64,000 bases of DNA, taken from a virus. Location of the stretch: IMG/VR virus record IMGVR_UViG_3300021171_000006, positions 1 to 64,000 of that record. The stretch is one strand, 5' to 3'. Both the position numbers and the translations under genes were made by a program. Shown piece after piece: positions 26,651 to 33,402 of this stretch (its first letter is position 1; every line of letters starts with the position of its first letter). The notes under the pieces were generated by a model that was given only the letters and a program-made list of their open reading frames with translations, was not told where the DNA came from and searched no databases.

Positions 26651-27165
26651 ACGCTTTGAGAAAGACCCTCCTTGGTGGCGTGTCGGCGGTTGCGCTGCTC
26701 GCGCTCCCGATCGCTGGCGAGGCCGACGTACCCGGCACCTCCGTCACTCAGACCGCGACGCATCTTGACGCGGCGGTGATCTGGCAGGGCGAGGCTGCGG
26801 GGGCAACCTCGTGCAACGCCGTGTCGGCGACATCGGCCTCGGATACGATCACAATCACCCCGCCGGGCGGGCAGTACGTGTACCTGACCAACTTCCTCCT
26901 GCAGCACTCGACGGACGCGACCGGCGCGACCGAGGTGCCGACGATCTCGATGACCAACATCGGCACCGGCGGCTTTCCGGCATTCCTCTCGGCGGCATCG
27001 ACCCTGGCGACCACCGGCTACACTGTCAACGTCGACATTCCGTTCGGCGTCGGCGGCCTGAAATCGGCTGCCGCGGGCGTGGCGGTGACCTTCGTCCCGT
27101 CCGCGACCCTCTCGGCGCACACGATCATGTGCAACTCGGTGACGTACTACCTGAACGCGAACTGA
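26647..27165 (+). CDS. Exported beta-rich protein
   Basis: Signal peptide ending GEA/D. Confidence 0.65.
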   Translation: MNALRKTLLGGVSAVALLALPIAGEADVPGTSVTQTATHLDAAVIWQGEAAGATSCNAVSATSASDTITITPPGGQYVYLTNFLLQHSTDATGATEVPTISMTNIGTGGFPAFLSAASTLATTGYTVNVDIPFGVGGLKSAAAGVAVTFVPSATLSAHTIMCNSVTYYLNAN

Positions 27166-27171
27166 GGCCAC

Positions 27172-27672
27172 ATGCGCTGGAAGCTCCTTCTCGGGCTCGC
27201 AGCGGGGCTCGCGGCCACGGGCATCGTTCTGTGGGCACCGTGGGCCTCGCCGCCGCCTTTGCTTTACGAGACGGTCAGTGGCTACCCGATGCGGGTCTAT
27301 TACCGCAATCGCGGCGTCTCTCCGGCGGCGGTGCGCGCGGTCAACGCGATGCCGGCGCTCAGCGTCGACAAGCCGTTGACCGAGGAACAGATCGACAGGT
27401 ATCTCGCCGAGGTCAAGGCGCAGATAAAGCGCGCTCCTACGATCGTCGCGCCGGGCGATTTCATGTGGTTTGTCGCCGATGACCCGGATGAATTGGCGTG
27501 GATGCCGGCGAAGACGGAACACACGACATGGCTCTATATCTTCGGCGTCGTCGAGATGCCGAGATCCAGCGTGGTTGACACCAAATGGGTCAGCGAGCTT
27601 TGCCTTGTCTCGAAGACCAAGGAGCCGTTCAGGCCCTGCGATAGACACAACGACGTATACGCCGGCAGCTGA
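27172..27672 (+). CDS. Membrane-anchored/exported hypothetical protein
   Basis: N-terminal hydrophobic segment. Confidence 0.6.
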   Translation: MRWKLLLGLAAGLAATGIVLWAPWASPPPLLYETVSGYPMRVYYRNRGVSPAAVRAVNAMPALSVDKPLTEEQIDRYLAEVKAQIKRAPTIVAPGDFMWFVADDPDELAWMPAKTEHTTWLYIFGVVEMPRSSVVDTKWVSELCLVSKTKEPFRPCDRHNDVYAGS

Positions 27673-27674
27673 AG

Positions 27675-27700
27675 AGGGGGAGCGATGAACGCCCCACCCT
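27675..27700 (-). terminator. 3' hairpin of the pentamer RNA
   Basis: AGGGUGGGGCG-UUCAU-CGCUCCCCCU; the G.U pair forms only on the minus strand. Confidence 0.55.
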
Positions 27701-27790
27701 CGCCCATACCTTGCCGCGCCCCGCCGCAGCCTACCGCACCGTACCTAGGCACAGCACACCGGACCGGAGCCCACCGCGCCGTAGCACGCC
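27701..27790 (-). repeat. Degenerate 5-nt tandem array
   Basis: GGCgt GCTac GGCgc GGTgg GCTcc GGTcc GGTgt GCTgt GCCta GGTac GGTgc GGTag GCTgc GGCgg GGCgc GGCaa GGTat GGGcg. Confidence 0.9.
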
Positions 27791-27799
27791 GGGAACGGA

Positions 27800-27829
27800 A
27801 GAATACCGATCGGTGTGATTTTCTGTCAA
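27800..27829 (-). promoter_or_regulatory. Sigma70 promoter for the pentamer RNA
   Basis: TTGACA-N18-TATTCT. Confidence 0.75.
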
Positions 27830-27845
27830 CATTGGGAGATCGCTG

Positions 27846-28541
27846 ATGGCGGCCCCAAGTTTGGCGGTTTTTCAAACCGGCGGCGCGGCTGTCACCGGCG
27901 ACAATTTGAACTCGATGGTGCAGTCATGCGATACGATGAGCGAGCTTCGTGCTCTCGTCGGCGTCGCTGGGATGCAAATCTTTGTTCGGGGGCAGAGCGC
28001 TCCAAACGACGGGCTTCAAGGCAACTTCTACTGGAACGTCAACGGCACGGCACCCGATGACAATGGCGTGACGACGGTTGTCCCCTACGGGGCCGGGTCT
28101 GGAGAATGGACGCGGATCATCAACCTTTCCCCAAGGGGAACGTTAGCCACAACCTACCCCCCTAATCCGTCCGGAACGACCAGCCTCATAGGCGTTATGA
28201 TGGGGTTGGGGATGACGTTTACGCCCACGAAATCGGGCAATTTCCTGCTCATGGCCACCGCCATTATTTACAATGCGACATCGGTCGATGGCGTTACGGC
28301 TGAGTTGCGATATGGCATAGGGACCGCGCCTTCCAATGGAACCCCCCTAGCGGGCACCAACATATGCGTGGCCGGCGAAAATAATATCCCCGCCGCAACA
28401 GCATCGACTCCGGTTGCTCTAATAGCATTCGTGGGTAATTTGACGGTCGGGGTCACATATTGGCTTGATTTGTCCCTGGCGGCTATTGCGGGGGGGACAG
28501 CAAACGCTATCAATGTGACATTGACGGTCGTCGAGTTATGA
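27846..28541 (+). CDS. Tail fibre/appendage protein without signal peptide
   Basis: G..APNDGLQGNFYWN...DDNG..V.P..GEW.R motif seen at tailspike N-termini. Confidence 0.65.
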   Translation: MAAPSLAVFQTGGAAVTGDNLNSMVQSCDTMSELRALVGVAGMQIFVRGQSAPNDGLQGNFYWNVNGTAPDDNGVTTVVPYGAGSGEWTRIINLSPRGTLATTYPPNPSGTTSLIGVMMGLGMTFTPTKSGNFLLMATAIIYNATSVDGVTAELRYGIGTAPSNGTPLAGTNICVAGENNIPAATASTPVALIAFVGNLTVGVTYWLDLSLAAIAGGTANAINVTLTVVEL

Positions 28542-28912
28542 TCCGCGCAGTCATTATTGGGCTGTTCGTGTTTTTCGCTCTGCCAGCATTGGCGCAGCCG
28601 GGAGCCTGTCTTGATCCGTCGCAGTCCTGGTCGTGGAGTTACTCGGTTGGGCCGATCTCCTCGATCAACTATTATCTCGACAGCCAGGTTCTCGCGGTCG
28701 CGTACAATGATGGCGTCGAGCATCTGCTGAACGGCGTGCCGACCAATGTCGCGCAGCGCTTTCAGATCGGCTACGGGGTATCGCCGGCCTCGATCTGGGC
28801 CGGGATGCGATACGGCTATCTGGAGATTCTTCAAAGCCAAGTTCACTGCCCATTACGCTCGCAGTCCGGTGAGTTTTTGCTTTCCGCTGCACAACACGAC
28901 ACCCCCCAATGA
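28538..28912 (+). CDS. Exported KTSC-like domain protein
   Basis: Signal peptide ALA/Q; ISSINY..SQVLAVAYNDG....GVP. Confidence 0.55.
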   Translation: MIRAVIIGLFVFFALPALAQPGACLDPSQSWSWSYSVGPISSINYYLDSQVLAVAYNDGVEHLLNGVPTNVAQRFQIGYGVSPASIWAGMRYGYLEILQSQVHCPLRSQSGEFLLSAAQHDTPQ

Positions 28913-29334
28913 AACGCTGGTTCCTCGTTTTCGCTCTGTTGATCCTGGCGCTTATCACGCCCAATCGGGCGTGGTCCCAGAGCTCGTTCTACAATTGCGC
29001 GATCGTCATCCCGAACCCGCCCGCGACGCAGTTTGCCACGCCGGCCGCCAGCCCGACGATCTGCAACCTTGACCCGCAGCGCATCGTCTCCGGTGCCGGC
29101 GTTGGATTGATCCTCAATTTCTCGCCGGGCGCTGTCGCAACCGTCAGCGTGCAAGTCACCGGCGACCAGAACCCGGCAGGCGCGACGGCGGCGTGGAACA
29201 ACCACGACTACATGTTCAACCTCACGAGCTCGATGAACGGCAACATCATCATGCCGCTGACGGCTGTGCGCCTTTACCTGACGAGGTACACATCGGGCAC
29301 GATCACGCTCTATCTGGTGGAGGCCGCGAAATGA
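28909..29334 (+). CDS. Exported beta-rich protein (paralog of 25203-25640)
   Basis: Signal peptide AWS/Q; shared motifs. Confidence 0.7.
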   Translation: MKRWFLVFALLILALITPNRAWSQSSFYNCAIVIPNPPATQFATPAASPTICNLDPQRIVSGAGVGLILNFSPGAVATVSVQVTGDQNPAGATAAWNNHDYMFNLTSSMNGNIIMPLTAVRLYLTRYTSGTITLYLVEAAK

Positions 29335-31190
29335 GAACGCTCGGTCGCCTCCTCCTCGCCGCTACTCTGTGGGTCGGGCTGTCGGCCGGCGCGGTCGCCC
29401 AGTACATCTCCACCCCTCCCGGCATAATTCCGGTCACGGCGTTCACCTATTACCCCACCAACTTGGCGCTCCAGGTGGCGATTGGCGGCTCCGCCTCAAC
29501 CGTGTACCGCGGCGGCTTTTTTGCGGCGGGAGACGGTGGTGCCAGTTTCTATCAATGGTCGACCAGCGCGTGCTCGCTCAATTCGGGTAGCGGCGATAAC
29601 GGTAGTCAGGTTGCCCCGGCAACGGGGGTCGGTTGCTGGATTGCGGAAAAGCCGACGGGTCCATGGGATGTGCGCATTTTCGGTGCCGACGCGACGGGCG
29701 CCAACGATAGCACCGTCGCGCTCAATGCCTGTTTGGCAGCGGCTGGCCCCGGCGGAACCTGTCTGGCTAGCGGGGGTACTACGCTGAAAATTCTCGGGGC
29801 TGTTTCGCTCCCCGGCCACACGACGCTGAGTTGCGGCAATTCCTATCTGGACGCCGAGGATAACCCGGCCGCATATGCGTCGACCCCGGCAATCAAAGTA
29901 AGCAACTCGCCTGCGATCACGGCCACCGGCGAGGGAGCGGCGGTCGCCAACTGCCTCATCTACCGCAACGGCATGACGTTTCCGGCGGCGGACAGTTCAG
30001 GTTTTGCGGGTACAGGACTATCAGACGCGGGCTACGGAAATTTCACCGTCATCGGCTCTGTGATCATCGGTTTCGACACGGCCATCGATACGTCGGGGCC
30101 TCGGCCCTACATCCAGTACGTCTACGTCGACGGAACTGGGGTCACGCATCCGGTCATCTACGAGCACAACGGCAACAGTGACGGCGGTGTGTTCGACAAT
30201 ATCAAAATCCAGCCGCTCGCTACGGGCAATTACGGGGGTAGCATAACCTGCGCTGAGGCAACAAGGCCAGGCACCGGATTCTATATGGGGGGCATCAATT
30301 TTATCGGCAAAATCGTCTCACAAAACATGCGGACGGCTGAGTTCGATTTCGAGTTTTACACCATTGCCGACGGGATATGGGCCGATTTCCCCGTTGCTTG
30401 TTTGAGCGCGCCGAGCAGCTATACGCCGACAGGTGTATTGATCGGCAACACGCAACTAATGGCGAACCACGTTGACATCAATTCGGTCAGCGTCGGGATT
30501 ATTTCCAAGAACACTGGCGCCGCAAATTGGATCGGCAGTCTGTTCCTCAACAGCGTCGGGGGGGACTGCGTTCAAATAGGAACCAGCGGCGGCGTGGCGG
30601 GCGGCGCGTTTACTATTGGCGATGTGGTGATGAATGCCGGCAACGCGTCTAATTGCGGAGGATACGTCGTCAACTATCTGGATTCAACGCATCTGTCTTA
30701 CCTGACGATTAACAGCGGTCTTTTACACGGGGCCAATAGCGGGAACCCGCCCTACATAAACGTGCCCTCTGCCGTGAACGCTTGGCAGATAAACATTTCT
30801 CCAAAGGTCGTCACCGATCTCGCGAACCCGGCGGCGATTTATGGGGCGACGACGGTGGGGTCATGTACCGGGTTGGGGACTTCGGGTAACGCCTGCGCGC
30901 TGATGCCGTCCAGCCTCACCGATCCGTATTCGGGGGTAGTCCTGCTCACGGTAGGGTCGGGTGGGTCGCCGGGTACGACGGGGGTGGCTGAACTGACGTG
31001 GCCGCTGACGATCTCCAACGTCAACGGCTGCACCGCAGGCATACAGGATGCCGGGAACGCGTGGGCGGTGCCTGCTGGTGTGAAGATCATCAGCATCGAC
31101 AGCACGCACACTGAGTTGTCGTGGTTCGCCAATTCTGCGCTGACAGCAAGCGGCACCTACCGCATCGCCTTTACGTGCAGGCCGCAATGA
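29331..31190 (+). CDS. Tailspike-like beta-helix protein with signal peptide
   Basis: AVA/Q; GFFAAGDGG; DVRIFGADATGANDSTVALN. Confidence 0.7.
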   Translation: MRTLGRLLLAATLWVGLSAGAVAQYISTPPGIIPVTAFTYYPTNLALQVAIGGSASTVYRGGFFAAGDGGASFYQWSTSACSLNSGSGDNGSQVAPATGVGCWIAEKPTGPWDVRIFGADATGANDSTVALNACLAAAGPGGTCLASGGTTLKILGAVSLPGHTTLSCGNSYLDAEDNPAAYASTPAIKVSNSPAITATGEGAAVANCLIYRNGMTFPAADSSGFAGTGLSDAGYGNFTVIGSVIIGFDTAIDTSGPRPYIQYVYVDGTGVTHPVIYEHNGNSDGGVFDNIKIQPLATGNYGGSITCAEATRPGTGFYMGGINFIGKIVSQNMRTAEFDFEFYTIADGIWADFPVACLSAPSSYTPTGVLIGNTQLMANHVDINSVSVGIISKNTGAANWIGSLFLNSVGGDCVQIGTSGGVAGGAFTIGDVVMNAGNASNCGGYVVNYLDSTHLSYLTINSGLLHGANSGNPPYINVPSAVNAWQINISPKVVTDLANPAAIYGATTVGSCTGLGTSGNACALMPSSLTDPYSGVVLLTVGSGGSPGTTGVAELTWPLTISNVNGCTAGIQDAGNAWAVPAGVKIISIDSTHTELSWFANSALTASGTYRIAFTCRPQ

Positions 31191-32884
31191 TCGCAAGGAT
31201 CTTCCTCCTTGCCCTTATGCTGATCGCGCCCGCCGCATGGGCGCAGACGATTGGCGGCGCACCACCGCTGCAGCAACCGGTGCAAGCGAGCGACCAAATA
31301 TTCATCTTCCGTGGTTCGGCACCGGTCTATTCGACGACGGTGGGGACGCTGCTGTCCGGTCTGACGACGGGCGTCTACGGGCCGGTGTCGAGCTCGAATG
31401 GCTACGTGCCGACTTGGAACGGTGTGGCGGGTAACAAGCTGAACGCAGGCCTTCCGGTTGGACAGACCGGCAATTCGACGATCGTCGAGACAGGCGTTTC
31501 GGGGCTGATCTCGTCGTCAATCCTGCCGATCATAGGTGGGGCAAATGGTGGAACCGGAGTCAACAACGGCAGTTATACCGAGACTTTTGGGGGCAACCTC
31601 GTTACCGGCGGGGCACTGACGACGACCGGGCTCGGCCCTGTGACGCTCGCCTTCCCTAGCATCCCGGTAACCTTCACCTTCCCGAGCACATCGAAGACGC
31701 TCTTGGCGAGCGATGCCAGCAACGTGTCGCTGCCCACTGCGCTCAACAACCTCGGCCTCGGATCGGGCAATACTCCTATTTTTGCGGGTGTGACGCTCGG
31801 TACGGCACCGAGTAGCCTCGGGGCAATCCTGAGCAGTGAGTGGGCCGGTCCTAACTGGACCAGTTATACCGGCAATCAGGACATGATGCGAATCATGGTC
31901 AACAATTATCCGCTGTCCGACGAGTACCTGGGCGGTACGGTTCCGCTCGTGAGTGGCCTCGTCGTTGGGATGGTCGTTCCAAGCGGCGCGATCGGAGGGG
32001 CGACCGTCGGGGATCAGGTGCTCATCGCCTACGGCAAAACCCTGTCATCGACCAAAGGTGTTGCTGCTACTACCGGGTTCTCCTTCATGGGAGCTGCAGG
32101 ATCACAGGCGTGGGGTCTTGTAGGCAATGTCATCAACTGCCAGGACTTCCCCTGTACCGGTGGGGGGTTTGGCGGCGGCGGCGTCCTGTATAGCGCCGAG
32201 CTGGACATGAACGTGGTCCCCAAGACCGGCAGCGTCGCTCCGGACCTCACCGCGATCGGGCTCCATATCGTCAACAATAGCCTGACGGACGTGGCTGGCG
32301 GGTATTTGGAGGCCGCAATCAACATTTCTGCGACGCAGCAGCCGTGGGATGTCGGCATAAGTTTCTCGGACGGCGCGAGCAGGACTGCCGCGATGAACCT
32401 CGGCCGCGCAGCGACTGGCGTGAGTCAGCCCTCGCAGGTGCTTGCGTTCAACGCAGAGAACAGCGGCGGCTCCAATCTAACGGATACTCTCTTTGAGACA
32501 GCGTTCGGTACGCTACAGCTCAACCTGCCTACGACATCTTCATTTTTCCAGGTCGTCGGCGGTGCGATTGCGGTCGCGCAGCCCGCTAATGGTAGTACGA
32601 CGGGCGCTCTTTACCTAAGCCGGGCTACAGACAGCGGGCCGACGGGGAATTTGATCGAGGCGGTCAACGCTGCGCAAAACTCCACGCTGTTTAATATCGA
32701 CGTTAACGGGGTGGCAAATTATTCGGCGGCGGTCGCCCGGTCTGGTGCGCCGACTGTAGCGGCTGGGCAGATAGGATATGGCAGTACGGTAGCCGCCGCA
32801 AGCAACTGTGGATCTTTAGCCAGTTCGGTGGGGTGTATCATCGTGAATATCGCCGGTTCAGTGCACTATTTTCCTTATTACTAA
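31187..32884 (+). CDS. Tail-fibre-like protein with signal peptide
   Basis: AWA/Q; GP.SS.NG.VP.W and GGTG fibre motifs. Confidence 0.65.
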   Translation: MIARIFLLALMLIAPAAWAQTIGGAPPLQQPVQASDQIFIFRGSAPVYSTTVGTLLSGLTTGVYGPVSSSNGYVPTWNGVAGNKLNAGLPVGQTGNSTIVETGVSGLISSSILPIIGGANGGTGVNNGSYTETFGGNLVTGGALTTTGLGPVTLAFPSIPVTFTFPSTSKTLLASDASNVSLPTALNNLGLGSGNTPIFAGVTLGTAPSSLGAILSSEWAGPNWTSYTGNQDMMRIMVNNYPLSDEYLGGTVPLVSGLVVGMVVPSGAIGGATVGDQVLIAYGKTLSSTKGVAATTGFSFMGAAGSQAWGLVGNVINCQDFPCTGGGFGGGGVLYSAELDMNVVPKTGSVAPDLTAIGLHIVNNSLTDVAGGYLEAAINISATQQPWDVGISFSDGASRTAAMNLGRAATGVSQPSQVLAFNAENSGGSNLTDTLFETAFGTLQLNLPTTSSFFQVVGGAIAVAQPANGSTTGALYLSRATDSGPTGNLIEAVNAAQNSTLFNIDVNGVANYSAAVARSGAPTVAAGQIGYGSTVAAASNCGSLASSVGCIIVNIAGSVHYFPYY

Positions 32885-32900
32885 AGGGACAAGATTGGGA

Positions 32901-33389
32901 ATGAAACTCTTCACCGGCATTCTGATCTCCGCCGCGCTGCTAGTTTCGATGCCGTGCTTTGCTCAAGAGTTATCTCAGGTTCGGCCGGAGAGACTTGCTG
33001 GGGCGCCTCCGCCGCCCGCCCCGGCACCGCCGCCGCCACCATCCACAAAGCCCCCCGTGACGAAAGAGCCAACAGCGACGAGTGCGGCACAAGCGTCGGA
33101 GCCACCGGCACCGATCAATCCGTGCGCTCGCGGGCCGTCGCGGATAAAGCTTGGCGGGGTCGATCTTGACGCTCTGAAATGCCTAAACATCGTTCTGGCC
33201 CAGCAGCGCGACGCCCAGGTGCAGCAGGTCAGCAACAAGGAAGCGATTGTGTCCGTGGAGCTCCTGTTGGCGAGGGACGATCTAGAGAAGGCCTCGGCTC
33301 AATTAAAAGACGTAAGCGCGCGGGAGGGGTGGTGGCAGCACTGTATCACTGACCCGGCATGTGTGACATGGGCCAACCAGGGGCACTGA
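32901..33389 (+). CDS. Exported Pro-rich coiled-coil protein
   Basis: CFA/Q signal peptide. Confidence 0.6.
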   Translation: MKLFTGILISAALLVSMPCFAQELSQVRPERLAGAPPPPAPAPPPPPSTKPPVTKEPTATSAAQASEPPAPINPCARGPSRIKLGGVDLDALKCLNIVLAQQRDAQVQQVSNKEAIVSVELLLARDDLEKASAQLKDVSAREGWWQHCITDPACVTWANQGH

Positions 33390-33402
33390 GAGGATCGTGA
33401 AA

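Larger units (their letters stand above)
27670..27793 (-). ncRNA. Pentamer-repeat small RNA (candidate non-contiguous guide RNA)
   Basis: Own promoter; 18 in-phase G(G/C)Y-NN-type units; 3' hairpin. Confidence 0.75.

Noticed and set aside
27701-27790. CRISPR array or simple microsatellite
   Set aside because: The unit is 5 nt with two hypervariable positions. There are no 25-40-nt repeats and no homogeneous slippage pattern.
27534-27875. 113-aa minus-strand ORF over the pentamer array
   Set aside because: No RBS, shadow-like composition, and 5-nt periodicity is not codon-based.
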